Shown piece by piece: positions 12,500 through 25,946 of a DNA stretch of 64,000 nucleotides (positions within the stretch are counted from its first letter, which is position 1; every line of letters begins with the position of its first letter). The DNA is taken from positions 6,696,001 through 6,760,000 of the forward strand of contig OZ024766.1 in assembly GCA_964016885.1 (NCBI GenBank), in the 5' to 3' direction. Position numbers and translations under genes: made by a program. A model generated the notes under the pieces. It searched no databases and had not been told where the DNA came from. It saw only the letters and a program-made list of their open reading frames with translations. The DNA is from Eledone cirrhosa. Its lineage: Eukaryota.

Positions 12500-14075
12500 A
12501 GAGTGGGGGGGGGTGAGAACGAGATTTAGAACCAGGAGGGTGGAGGAACGAGAATTTGAAGAAGAACGAGAATTTGAATGAGGGAGAGATAGAGATATGG
12601 TGAATATAGAAGAGTAAGTTGAAGGAGTATACTGTGGTGAAGAACGAGACGAGAAGGAGAGTGAGATATGGTGGATATAGAAGAGTAAGTTGAAGGAGTA
12701 TACTGTGGTGAAGAACGAGACGAGAAGGAGAGTGAGATATGGTGGATATAGAAGAGTAAGTTGAAGGAGTATACTGTGGTGAAGAACGAGACGAGAAGGA
12801 GAGGAAGGGGAGATGATGAGTAAAGTTGAATAAGGAGGAAGAGAGAGAACGAGAAGTGAACGAGAGTGAGATATGGTGAATATAGAAGTTGAAGGAGTAT
12901 ACTGTGGTCGAGAACGAGGAGAAGAATGAATAAAGTTGAAGGATAATGGTAAGGAAGGAGTATACTATGGTGAAGATTTTGAAGGATAATAAGAAAGAAG
13001 TGTACTATGGTGAAGAACGAGTAAGAACGAGAAGAAGAATTTGGAGAGATAATGGGTATAGAAGAATGAAGAGGGAAGAACGTTGAGGGAGAGAACGAGA
13101 AGTGAACGTGAACGAGAGTAAGAATGAGTTGAAGGAGGGAGAGAGAGATATGGTGAATATAGAAGAATGAGGGAAGAACGTTGAGGGAGAGAACGAGAAG
13201 TGAACGAGAGTAAGAATGAGTTGAAGGAGGGAGAGAGAGATATGGTGAATATAGAAGAATAAGTTGAAGGAGTATACTGTGGTGGAGAACGAGAAGATTG
13301 AGAACGAGGGGAAGAATTTGAAGGAGAGATGGTGAATAAAGTTGAATAAGGAGGAAGGGAGAGAACGAGAAGTGAACGAGAGTGAGATATGGTGAATATA
13401 GAAGAATAAGTTGAAGGAGTATACTGTGGTCGAGAACGAGGAGAAGAATGAATAAAGTTGAAGGATAATGGTAAGGAAGGAGTATACTATGGTGAAGATT
13501 TTGAAGGAAAGAGAGATGGTGAATATAGAAGAATAAGTTGAAGGATAATAAGAAAGAAGTGTACTATGGTGAAGAACGAGTAAGAACGAGAAGAATTTGA
13601 AGGAGAGATAATGGATATAGAAGAATAAGGAGGGAAGAACGTTGAGGGAGAGAACGAGAAGTGAACGTGAACAAGAATGAGTTGAAGGAGGGAGAGATAG
13701 ATATGGTGAATATAGAAGAATGAGGGAAGATCGTTGAGGGAGAGAACGAGAAGTGAACGTGAACGAGAGTAAGAATGAGTTGAAGGAGGGAGAGAGACAT
13801 ATGGTGAATATAGAAGAATAAGTTGAAGGAGTATACTGTGGTCGAGAACGAGGAGAAGATTGAGAACGAGGGGAAGAATTTGAAGGAGAGATGGTGAATA
13901 AAGTTGAATAAGGAGGAAGGGAGAGAACGAGAAGTGAACGAGAGTGAGATATGGTGAAGAACAAGAGTAAGAATGAGATGAAGAATTTGAAGGAGAGATA
14001 ATGGATATGGAAGAATAAGTTGAAGGATAATTATGAGAAGGAAGAAGTATACTGTGGCGAAGTACTAGTAAGAAT
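12500..14075. repeat. Purine-rich mosaic minisatellite
   Basis: Shuffled modules GATATGGTGAATATAGAAGAATAAGTTGAAGGAGTATACTGTGGT and GAGAACGAGAAGTGAACG. Confidence 0.85.
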
Positions 14076-14079
14076 AAAA

Positions 14080-15895
14080 TGAAGGGGGTGAATGGAGACG
14101 TGAACGAGAGCACAAGAACGAGAGTAAGAACGAGAATTTGAAGGAGAGAGATAGATATAAAGGTTGACGGGGGTGAATGGAGAAGTGAACGAGAGCACAA
14201 GAACGAGAATTTGAAGGAGAGAGATAGATACAAAGGTTGAAGGGGGTGAATGGAGATATGAACGAGAGCACAAGAACGAGAGTAAGAACGAGAATTTGAA
14301 GGAGATAGATAGATAGATATAAAGGTTGAAGGGGGTGAATGGAGATGTGAACGAGAGCACAAGAACGAGAATTTGAAGGAGAGAGATAGATATAAAGGTT
14401 GAAGGGGGTGAATGGAGATGTGAACGAGAGCACAAGAACGAGAATTTGAAGGAGAGAGATAGATATAAAGGTTGAAGGGGTGAATGGAGATGTGAACGAG
14501 AGCACAAGAACGAGAGTAAGAACGAGAATTTGAAGGACAGAGATAGATATAAAGGTTGAAGGGGGTGAATGGAGATGTGAACGAGAGCACAAGAACGAGA
14601 GTAAGAACGAGAGCACAAGGAGAGTAAGAATGAGAATTTGAAGGAGAGAGATAGATATAAAGGTTGAAGGGGGTGAATGGAGATGTGAACGAGAGCACAA
14701 GAACGAGAGTAAGAACGAGAATTTGATTGAGAGAGATAGATATAAAGGTTGAAGGGGGTGAATAGAGATGTGAACGAGAGCACAAGAACGAGAGTAAGAA
14801 CGAGAATTTGAAGGAGAGAGATAGATATAAAGGTTGACGGGGGTGAATGGAGAAGTGAACGAGAGCACAAGAACGAGAATTTGAAGGAGATAGATAGATA
14901 CAAAGGTTGAAGGGGGTGAATGGAGATATGAACGAGAGCACAAGAACGAGAGTAAGAACGAGAATTTGAAGGAGATAGATAGATAGATATAAAGGTTGAA
15001 GGGGGTGAATGGAGATGTGAACGAGAGCACAAGAACGAGAATTTGAAGGAGAGAGATAGATATAAAGGTTGAAGGGGGTGAATGGAGATGTGAACGAGAG
15101 CACAAGAACGAGAGTAAGAACGAGAATTTGAAGGACAGAGATAGATATAAAGGTTGAAGGGGGTGAATGGAGATGTGAACGAGAATTTGAAGGAGAGCGA
15201 TAGATATAAAGGTTGAAGGGGGTGAATGGAGATGTGAACGAGAGCACAAGAACGAGAGTAAGAACGAGAATTTGAAGGAGAGCGATAGATATAAAGGTTG
15301 AAGGGGGTGAATGGAGATGTGAACGAGAGCACAAGAACGAGAGTAAGAACGAGAATTTGAAGGAGAGAGATAGATATAAAGGTTGAAGGGGGTGAATGGA
15401 GATGTGAACGAGAGCACAAGAACGAGAGTAAGAACGAGAATTGGAAGGAGAGAGATAGATATAAAGGTTGAAGGGGGTGAATGGACGTAAGAACGAGAGC
15501 ACAAGAACGAGAGTAAGAATGAGAATTTGAAGGAGAGAGATAGATATAAAGGTTGAAGGGGTGAATGGAGATGTGAACGAGAGCACAAGAACGAGAATAA
15601 GAACGAGAATTTGAAGGGGGTGAATGGAGATGTGAACGAGAGCACAAGAACGAGAGTAAGAATGAGAATTTGAAGGGGAGAGATAGATATAAAGGTTGAA
15701 GGGGGTGAATGGAGATGTGAACGAGAGCACAAGAACGAGAGTAAGAACGAGAATTTGAAGGGGGTAATGGAGATGTGAACGAGAGCACAAGAACGAGAGT
15801 AAGAACCAGAATTTGAAGGAAAGATATAGATATAAAGGTTGAAGGGGTGAATGGAGATGTGAACGAGACCTCAAGAACGAGAGTAAGAACGAGAC
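14080..15895. repeat. ~85/72-bp purine-rich minisatellite (>20 copies)
   Basis: Unit GAAGGGGGTGAATGGAGATGTGAACGAGAGCACAAGAACGAGA(GTAAGAACGAGAA)TTTGAAGGAGAGAGATAGATATAAAGGTT. Confidence 0.95.
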
Positions 15896-17056
15896 CTTTA
15901 TTGTATTATAGGAAAATAGATTCTATTCAAAATTAAATATAAACAAATAGCATTGCCTTTCATCCTTACGGGGTCGATAAAATAAAGTACCAGTAATACA
16001 CTGGGTATTTGCTGGCCTTGTGCCTAAAGCAGAAACAATTATATATAAGGGATTCACTTGTAATATAATGTATATCAACACAAAGATTTTAGCAGATTGG
16101 AGCTGGAAACAACTTTACATTTTTCTAATTCCTATCAAATACAATGTCGTCAACATCATTCTTCGACTACTGTCGAGATGATGGACCTCACTCTCATGCC
16201 CCCAGAATTCCCTGTCCCCCCCCCCCCCCCCATCGCTGCTCCCAGGTCCTGTCTACTGTTTTCCGTATCCCTAGAGATCATTATGATCAGAAACAGGACC
16301 CGGCAAAGCAGGGGCTGGACCTATATCAACAGGTATACCATATAGTGTGGTTCCCTGAGGAACAGGAACCCTGGTGCAGTTAGTTGCGAAATCCAGCATC
16401 TTTTCAAATAGCTAATAATGTGTGTGGGCGCCACTACTACACAATATACAACGTAATCGCTCGTTAGCTCCCCTTAATATAGATCAAACTCACTCCCGGA
16501 AATTAAACCGTTAGAAGAATCACTCCACAGCAACTTGAAACCCTGATATCAATATAATAGGACCGATATACAATCCATGGCTGTGACTGATTAAAAACAT
16601 TCACACTAATAAAACATAGCCAATGTAATGGAAAAGATAGCAATAACATTGATACTCTCAGCACATATACAGTTGAACATTACAGAAACAATTATCACAC
16701 TACATCCACCATAAACCCATAGTTTTAATACAAAAACAGCTTTGCCTTGCTAAAATGCATTTGCACTCTCTCAACGCTTGCATATGTACTGCTAGTGTCC
16801 TCGTTTTACGAGTAAATTTCTACCCTAATGCCTCTTTAATTGTTATACTATTCCCTTATAATCTCTGTCGCTTGCATTCCACTCTGAACCTTTGTAATTT
16901 TTAATTTTTAATTTTAATTATTACACAATTCTCTTGTAATCTATGTCGCATCCATTTCACCTTGTAAATGCGAAACTGTTGACAACATTAATATCCATGT
17001 ATCTATATGATTGTTCAGTTGAATAGGAGGTTAATTATATGTACACACATTGCTAC

Positions 17057-17103
17057 TGCTCCGATGATTCCAAACTATCGTTTGGAAGAAACGATTGTCA
17101 GCA
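17057..17103 (+). ncRNA. Type I hammerhead ribozyme, CCGATGA core variant
   Basis: TGCT-CCGATGA-TTCCAAAC(TATC)GTTTGGAA-GAAA-C(GATT)G-TC-AGCA, followed by ATTAAA. Confidence 0.75.
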
Positions 17104-17261
17104 TTAAAATGATTTGAACATAGCTTTGATTGTGTAATTTATAATATATATTTATTAAAATAACAGATTAATGCATATTTGCTCTACGGTTCTTATATAT
17201 TTGATATATATTTATCCTTATCGAGCCCTCTTTGGATTTTAGTCTTCAAATTTATTATTAT

Positions 17262-17301
<40 letters not shown>

Positions 17302-17303
<2 letters not shown>

Positions 17304-17510
17304 CGAAGGAAATGTGGTAAGGAACCAGGTGGACCATAACGCACCAAAGTACTCAATACTTAGGGTAGTAGAGTGGGTAATAGGAACGAGTAGGACCCCG
17401 ACGGCTGAGCTCAAGCCGTTTCGACGGCTAATTCTGGACTAAACTTTTTAGTCCTGAATTAGCCGTCGAAACGGCTTGAGCTCAGCCGTCGGGGTCCTAC
17501 TCGTTCCTAT
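17302..17510. mobile_element. Fold-back mini-element family P1
   Basis: Same sequence as the 7565 copy with a longer inverted arm; (TA)n on both sides. Confidence 0.85.
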
Positions 17511-17526
17511 ATATATATATATATAT

Positions 17527-17917
17527 GTAAAAGGTAAACAGAAATAACAACACAATCGGTACAGTATATGGAAGGGATATATTAGGTTAACGCTTGATAC
17601 AGCAGGAAGATGGTCTTAACGTTTCGGACGCTAGTCCTTCATCAGAAAAAAAGAATGAGAAATAAGATAGATTGAGGGGACGGGCGGGATGGAATTGGAA
17701 AAAATGTCTTTAGATAAAAATAACAGGTTCATTCATGTTGACATCTCTTATTCCACCTGATACATCACCTCAATCTATTTTATTTCTTATCCTTTCTTCT
17801 GATGAAGGACTAGCGTCCGAAACGTTAAGACCCTCTTCCTGCTACATCAAGCGTTAACCTGATATATACCTTCCATATACTGTACTGATTGTGTTGTTAT
17901 TTCTGTTTACCTTTTAC
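17527..17917. mobile_element. Diverged inverted-repeat element (arms ~150 bp) with a hammerhead in each arm
   Basis: 17527-17677 is approximately the reverse complement of 17768-17917. Confidence 0.85.
17795..17830 (+). ncRNA. Minimal type I hammerhead lacking a stem III loop (mirror copy on minus strand 17614-17649)
   Basis: TCTT-CTGATGA-A-GGAC(TAGC)GTCC-GAAA-CG-TT-AAGA. Confidence 0.85.
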
Positions 17918-17945
17918 ACACACCGTCGGGGTCCTGAATCTTTTC

Positions 17946-17993
<48 letters not shown>

Positions 17994-18250
17994 ACATATA
18001 TATGTGTATATATATGTATATATATGTGTATATATGTATATATATATATATGTATATATATATGTGTATATATATTTGTATATATGCATATGTATATATG
18101 TATATATATATGTATGTATATATGTATATATATATGTGTATATATATGTATATTTGTATATATATATTTGTATATATATATATATTTGTATATATATATT
18201 TGTATATATATATATATATATTTGTATATATATATATATATATATATTTG

Positions 18251-18281
<31 letters not shown>

Positions 18282-18380
18282 ATATATTTGTATATATATA
18301 TATATATATGTGTATATATATTTGTATATATATATATATATATGTGTATATATATTTGTATATATATATATATATATATT

Positions 18381-18419
<39 letters not shown>

Positions 18420-18564
18420 ATATATATATATATATATATATATTTGTATATATATATATATATATATATTTGTATATATATATATATATATGTGTATATA
18501 TATATATATATGTGTATATATATTTGTATATATGTGTATATATATGTGTATATATATGTATATT

Positions 18565-18605
<41 letters not shown>

Positions 18606-18952
18606 ACACACCTGTTGCTTGAGAGAGCAGTAACAGAAACTTCGAAGTCACTAACAATGTTTAACGTTTCAAATACACTGGTATTATAAGACACCCACGT
18701 CAATATATATATACTCATCCATACACACACCTCTCTCTCTCTGTATATATGTGTATATATACATATATATATACATATATATATATATATACATATATAT
18801 ATATGTATATAAATACATATATATATACATATATATATGTATACACATATATATATATATGTATATATATACACATATATATATATATATACATATATAT
18901 ACATACATATATACATATATATACATGTATATATATATATACATATATATAC

Positions 18953-19005
<53 letters not shown>

Positions 19006-19062
19006 CATATATATATACATATATATACATATATATATACATATACATATATATATATATAC

Positions 19063-19107
<45 letters not shown>

Positions 19108-19173
19108 CATATATATTATATATATACATATACATATATACACACACACATCTTTATCAGTAACAAGACGCTG

Positions 19174-19291
19174 TGACGTCAGAGGCGTTTTATCCTTCTT
19201 TCAAGTTTCTCTGATGAAAGATATTTAATGATAAGATATTGGTGGGCGTGGTTTGAGTGATGGGAGGTGGGCGGAGCTTAATTTATTATAA
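19174..19291 (+). promoter_or_regulatory. Promoter-like motif cluster
   Basis: CRE TGACGTCA 19174, inverted CCAAT (ATTGG) 19238, GGGCGTGG 19244, GGGCGGAG 19269, TATTATAA 19284, all in a unique island between microsatellites. Confidence 0.5.
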
Positions 19292-19393
19292 TTAGGTTTG
19301 GAAACCCAGTCGGGCGGTTTGTGTGTGTGTGTGTTTGTTTGTGTGTTTGACTGTGTGTGTGTTTGTGAGTTTCTGTGTGTGTGTGAGTTTCTG

Positions 19394-19451
<58 letters not shown>

Positions 19452-19556
19452 TGTGTGTGTTTTCTGTGTTAGTGTGTGTTCTTGTGTGTGTAGGTGTTTG
19501 TCGGTGTATGTCTGTCTATATATATGTGTCTATGTCTGTGTGTGTATGTGTGTGTA

Positions 19557-19602
<46 letters not shown>

Positions 19603-19972
19603 TGTGTGTGTGTGTATATGTGTGTGTATGTCTGTGTGTGTATGTCTATATATATATATGTGTGTGTGTATATGTGTATATATGTGTGTGTATGTCTATA
19701 TATGTGTATATGTCTATATATATATATATGTGTGTGTGTATGTCTATATATATGTGTATATGTGTATATGTGTGTGTATGTCTATATATATATATGTGTG
19801 TGTATGTCTATATGTGTGTGTATGTCTATATATATATATGTGTGTGTGTATATGTGTATATATGTGTGTGTATGTCTATATATATGTGTATATGTGTATA
19901 TGTCTATATATATATATATGTGTGTGTGTATGTCTATATATATGTGTATATGTGTATATGTGTGCGTATGTC

Positions 19973-20005
<33 letters not shown>

Positions 20006-20192
20006 TCAGTAGGGTTTTTGTTAGGTTTTTGTTAAGTATATGGAGGGGGGGGGGGGGTAAGGTATTTTTTTCTCCGGTTCAATGACTTCCATGGTTGATT
20101 TCCTTGGAGAAAAAGGTAGACCTTCCTCATATAATCTTATTCAACAAGTGTGTATATATATATATATATGTGTGTGTGTGTATATAGTCAAG

Positions 20193-20224
<32 letters not shown>

Positions 20225-20233
20225 CATAGTCAA

Positions 20234-20271
<38 letters not shown>

Positions 20272-20275
20272 TGGG

Positions 20276-20348
20276 TCGTCAAATATGAAATTTGTGGAAA
20301 TTTGTGTTTTTTCTGCAAATTTCTACAAATTTCATATTTGACGATCCA

Positions 20349-20400
<52 letters not shown>

Positions 20401-20518
20401 TGTGTGTGTATATATATATATACAATACATATATATGTATGTGTGTTGTGTCGTCAAATATGAAATTTGTAGAATTTTGCAGAAACAACAGAAATTTCTA
20501 CAAATTTCATACTTGACA
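20276..20518. repeat. Two copies of a ~70-bp imperfect hairpin
   Basis: GTCGTCAAATATGAAATTTGT.GAA...TTCTACAAATTTCATA.TTGAC at 20276-20345 and 20450-20518. Confidence 0.8.
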
Positions 20519-20582
20519 CAATATGTGTGTAGTGTAGTATATATGTGTATGCATGTGTTTGTGTGGGCAAATATATATATAT

Positions 20583-21340
20583 ATATAAAACTGAGTATGT
20601 CCGTCTGTGTGAGTATGAATCCCTAAAACTCGAGAACCACCCAACCGACTGTTTTCAAACGTTACACATGTAATACTTATGTTTCAGGGAATGTTCCGAG
20701 CAAAAAAATTTCAAATTTTCTATGCCCCAGGGACCGCATTAGGCGATTTAGCGATCTCGCTCTATAATTCTTAGTCTTTCTCTTTTTAGATAGATACATA
20801 CATATAATGTCGCGCCCTTATAATATCTGTCTGTATGTCTGGCTGTCTGACTTACGTCACTTCCCTGAGGATGTCTGTCTGTGTGTGTCTGTGAGTTTGA
20901 ATCCCTAAAACTCGAGAAGTACCCAACCGACTTTTTTCAAACTTTACATGTGTATTACTTATGTTTTGATCTCCTAGGTGAAAAACGGCGTTTTTTTCCG
21001 CTTTTCAGGGGTTTTTTGAGGCGTTACGTCAGACCGATTTCCTTGAAATTGTAACTATGTATTAGTCAGTCTCTTCTTCATAGCGTTAGCAAAGAAAATC
21101 CAACTTTTTTATGGCCTGGCCCGCATTAGGTGAAAAACTTCATGTTTTCAGCTTTTTAGGGCTTTTTGGAGGCATTACATCTAGCCGATTTTCCCGAGAT
21201 TTCAAGGCATATTATGACATAAAAAAAATGCATTTTCTTGATCCCCTAGGGCCCGCATTAGGTGAAAACCTGCATTTTTCCTGCTTCTGCCTACTGACTG
21301 TAGGTTTCGTTTTGTACTTAGGCAAGGCGGGTTTCTGTAT
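20583..21340 (+). mobile_element. Non-autonomous Helitron-like element with internal duplications
   Basis: 5' ATATAAAA...TGTCCGTCTGT, duplicated GAATCCCTAAAACTCGAGAA..ACCCAACCGAC block, decayed GC-rich 3' end (GGCAAGGCGGG..TCTG). Family assignment is from recalled resemblance. Confidence 0.5.
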
Positions 21341-21661
21341 TATATATATATATATATATGTATATTTGAAAAAGGAAAAGAAAGACTTCACTTGTAGATT
21401 TAAACAATTTGATTTAATTCTACCAAAATCGTAATATTCTAAAATTGAATCCGAGGTTGACTTTGCCTTTCATCCTTACGGGGTCGATAAAATAAAGTAC
21501 CAGTAATGCACTGGATAATTGCTGGCCTTGTGCCTAAAGTAGAAACAATTATAAAATTGAATCAAATTGTTTAAAACTATTTCATTCTTTTCCTTTTTTT
21601 CAAATATACCTAAGTGTACCAAGGGTTTCATACATTATCTAATATAATATATGTATATAGC

Positions 21662-21843
21662 AAAAGAGTCAGGACCCCGACGGCGGAAGTCTGGCCGTTT
21701 CAACGTTTGGATCTAGCTTACGAAATGGCCGGAGCTCAGCCGTCGGGGTCCTCACTCTTTTCCTATTACCCACTCTACTACCCTAAATATTGAGTACTCT
21801 GGTGTGTTATGGTCCATAAGGTTTCTTACCACACGCTTTGTTT
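21662..21843. mobile_element. Fold-back family P1, diverged subfamily, opposite orientation
   Basis: AAAAGAGT.AGGACCCCGACGGC ... GCCGTCGGGGTCCT.ACTCTTTT then CCTATTACCCACTCTACTACCC. Confidence 0.8.
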
Positions 21844-21885
21844 TATATATATATATATATATGCGCTGTCTAATGACTGAAATGT

Positions 21886-21975
21886 GGTGCCCCAGCATGG
21901 CCATGGTCCAATGACTGAAACCAGTAACAGGCATAAAAGAATGTCGTCCCCCAGAATGGCCACACTCTAATGACA
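21886..21975 (+). mobile_element. SINE 3' tail (also 58712-58773)
   Basis: GGTGCCCCAGCATGGCC...A.TG.CTGAAAC..GTAA...AAAAGA motif, repeated. Confidence 0.6.
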
Positions 21976-23155
21976 GTAAAGACTTTAATATTTAATGTGA
22001 TGTAGTCATAGTGTTGTTTTGTACTAAATGTTTATAGTATCTTTACTGGTGGACAGATTGTTGTGAATATTTACAGTATTACAGTAAAGACTTTAATATT
22101 TAATGTGATGTAGTCATAGTGTTGTTTTGTACTAAATGTTTATAGTATCTTTACTAGTGGACAGACTGTTGTGAAAATTTACAGTATTACAGTAAAGACT
22201 TTAATATTTAATGTGATGTAGTCATAGTGTTGTTTTGTACTAAATGTTTATAGTATCTTTACTGGTGGACAGATTGTTGTGAATATTTACAGTATTACAG
22301 TAAAGACTTTAATATTTAATGTGATGTAGTCATAGTGTTGTTTTGTACTAAATGTTTATAGTATCTTTACTAGTGGACAGGCTGTTGTGAAAATTTACAG
22401 TATTACAGTAAAGACTTTAATATTTAATGTGATGTAGTCATAGTGTTGTTTTGTACTAAATGTTTATAGTATCTTTACTGGTGGACAGATTGTTGTGAAA
22501 ATTTACAGTATTATAGTAAAGACTAATATTTAATGTGATGTAGTTATAGTGTTGTTTTGTACTAAATATTTATAGTATCTTTACTGGTAGACAGATTGTT
22601 GTGAAAATTTACAGTATTACAGTAAAGACTTTAATATATAATGTGATGTAGTCATAGTGTTGTTTTGTACTAAATATTTATAGTATCTTTACTGGTGGAC
22701 AGATTGTTGTGAAAATTTACAGTATTACAGTAAAGACTTTAATATATAATGTGATGTAGTCATAGTGTTGTTTTGTACTAAATGTTTATAGTATCTTTAC
22801 TGGTAGACAGATTGTTGTGAAAATTTACAGTATTACAGTAAAGACTTTAATATATAATGTGATGTAGTCATAGTGTTGTTTTGTACTAAATATTTATAGT
22901 ATCTTTACTGGTGGACAGATTGTTGTGAAAATTTACAGTATTACAGTAAAGACTTTAATATTTAATGTGATGTAGTCATAGTGTTGTTTTGTACTAAATA
23001 TTTATAGTATCTTTACTGGTGGACAGATTGTTGTGAAAATTTACAGTATTACAGTAAATACTTTAATATTTAATGTGATGTAGTCATAGTGTTGTTTTGT
23101 ACTAAATATCTATAGTATCTTAACTAGTGGACAGATAACTGTGAAAATTTTCAGT
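21973..23155. repeat. 108-bp AT-rich minisatellite, ~11 copies
   Basis: ACAGTAAAGACTTTAATAT... at 21973, 22081, 22189 and onward. Confidence 0.97.
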
Positions 23156-23643
23156 GAACAGAATTCAAAGCTAGAATATTGTTTTCTTATATGATACAAA
23201 GTTGCTTTCTTCTTTTGAAGAATGTCTTGCTAGCGCGACTTCGTGTGGAACAGGGCTATTAAGAGATAATTTTCTCATATAGGCAGTTCTGTTCATCTAG
23301 CAGGTGGAACACTCTTCGTAGGATCTGACGAAAATCCAATAATAAGAATATTTCATCATAAAAGAAGTCGGTTTCTATATCATATTTTTTTGTTACGATG
23401 AGGTCTCCTTACGGTTGAAACACGGCTTATTAGACATGAAAAGATATTCTACGCATGTTTGCTCATGTATGTATAATGAGTTCTTTATCAAGAATATATA
23501 TAATAGGGTTCTGTAAGTAGATGGGGCTTGAGGGGTGTTGAACTGAGCTTAATACAGAACATATACAATTATATATAGTTGCGTATATATATATATATAG
23601 TTGAGTATATAAAAAAAAAATATATATATATATATGTATATAA

Positions 23644-23683
<40 letters not shown>

Positions 23684-23795
23684 AATTGTTGCTTAGTCAA
23701 GGTATATGCTTATTATACTTGTAAAGGCAGAGATAGACACGTTTGTTACAAACATATATATATGTGTATATATATGTGTATATATATATATATAT

Positions 23796-23847
<52 letters not shown>

Positions 23848-23924
23848 GTATAGGTATATATGTATGTATATATGTATATATATATAATATTGTTTGCAAT
23901 ATATGAATAAATATAACTATTACT

Positions 23925-25322
23925 ACAACTGGAGCCACTACTACTACCACCATTACTACTACCACCATTACTACTACCACCACCACTACACCACCACTAC
24001 ACCACCACTACACCACCACTCCACCACCACTACACTACCACTACACCACCACCACACCACCACCACTACATCACCACTACCACCACCACCACTACACCAC
24101 TACCACCACCACCACCACTACCACCACTACCACTACCACCACTATCACCACCACCACCATCACCACCACCACCACTACACCACCACTACACCAACACCAC
24201 CACTACACCACCACCACTACAACACCACCACTACAACAACACCACCACTACAACAACACCACCACTACACCACCACCACCACTACACCACTACACCACCA
24301 CCACCACTACACCACTACACCACTACCACTACAACACCACTACCACCACTACCACACCACCACCACTACACCACCACCACCACTACACCACTACACCACC
24401 ACCACCACCACACCACTCCACCACCACCACTACCACACCACTCCACCACCACCACCACTACACCACTACCACCACTCCACCTCCACCACCACTACCACTA
24501 CAACACCACTATCACTACCACCACTACCACACCACTCCACCACCACCACTACCACACCACCACCACTCCACCGCCACCACTACCACACCACTCCACCGCC
24601 ACCACTACCACACCACTACACCACTACCACCACTCCACCTCCACCACCACTACCACTACAACACCACTACCACTACCACCACCACCACACCACTCCACCA
24701 CTACCACACCACTACCACACCACTACCACACCACCACCACCACTACACCACCACCACCACTACACCACCACCACCACTACACCACCACCACCACTACACC
24801 ACCACCACCACTACACCACCACCACTACACCACCACCACTACACCACCACCACTACAACACCACCACCACTACACCACCACCACCACTCCACCACTACAC
24901 CACCACCACCACTACACCACTCCACCACCACCACCACCACCACTACACCACCACCACCACACCACCACCACCACCACCACTACACCACCACGACCACCAC
25001 TCCACCACTACACCACCACCACTACACCACTCCACCACCACCACCACCACCACTACACCACCACCACCACCACTACACCACCACCACCACCACTACACCA
25101 CCACCACCACCACCACTACACCACCACCACCACCACCACTCCACCACCACCACCACTCCACCACTACACCACTACCACCACCACTACACCACACCACCAC
25201 TACACCACCACCACTACACCACTACCACCACCACTACACCACTACCACCACCACTCCACCACATCACACCACCACCTACACCACTCCACCGCCACCACCA
25301 CTCCACCACCACCACCACCATC
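23925..25322. repeat. Degenerate (CAC/CTA)n microsatellite (similar tracts at 27040-27420, 40467-40972, 54546-54845)
   Basis: Directly visible. Confidence 0.95.
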
Positions 25323-25566
25323 CTGACTGGGATTTTGATAGCCACTAAATTAAGTTCTAATTGTCATTTATAGATTATTTAAATATATTTATGTTGTGAT
25401 TATATCTGTGTATATATATATATATGTGTATATGTGTATGTGTATATATATATATATATATGTGTGTATATAAATGTATATGTATATATATATATATATG
25501 TGTGTGTGTATATAGTCTGCACAGATACACTCATAAATATGTATATATGCACCAGGTCTGTCTACA

Positions 25567-25613
<47 letters not shown>

Positions 25614-25724
25614 GTGTATGAGGGGGTGTATATACACACGTTCCTAGATAACAGATAAAGATGCGGATTTTTAAAAGCTTTACAATGTGTATATATATAG
25701 ATATTTATATATACACACACACAC

Positions 25725-25773
<49 letters not shown>

Positions 25774-25888
25774 TATATATATATATACAAACATATACAT
25801 ATATATATATATATACACACATATATATACACATATATATATATATACATATATATATATACATATATATATATATACATATATACAC

Positions 25889-25946
<58 letters not shown>

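Noticed and set aside
13005-15874. Long minus-strand ORFs (up to 795 aa)
   Set aside because: All three frames are open because the pyrimidine-rich strand lacks stops, and unit lengths are not consistently multiples of 3.
18655-18695. Minus-strand hammerhead-like remnant (GAAACGTTA); similar halves at 48275-48302 and 52578
   Set aside because: The CUGANGA core is missing or too degraded to call.
19211-19235. CTGATGA as a hammerhead core
   Set aside because: No stem II, GAAA or NUH arrangement follows.
23894-25348. His/Thr/Pro-rich 484-aa ORF
   Set aside because: It is a (CAC/CTA)n microsatellite with frequent frame-shifting unit changes and no splice or start context.
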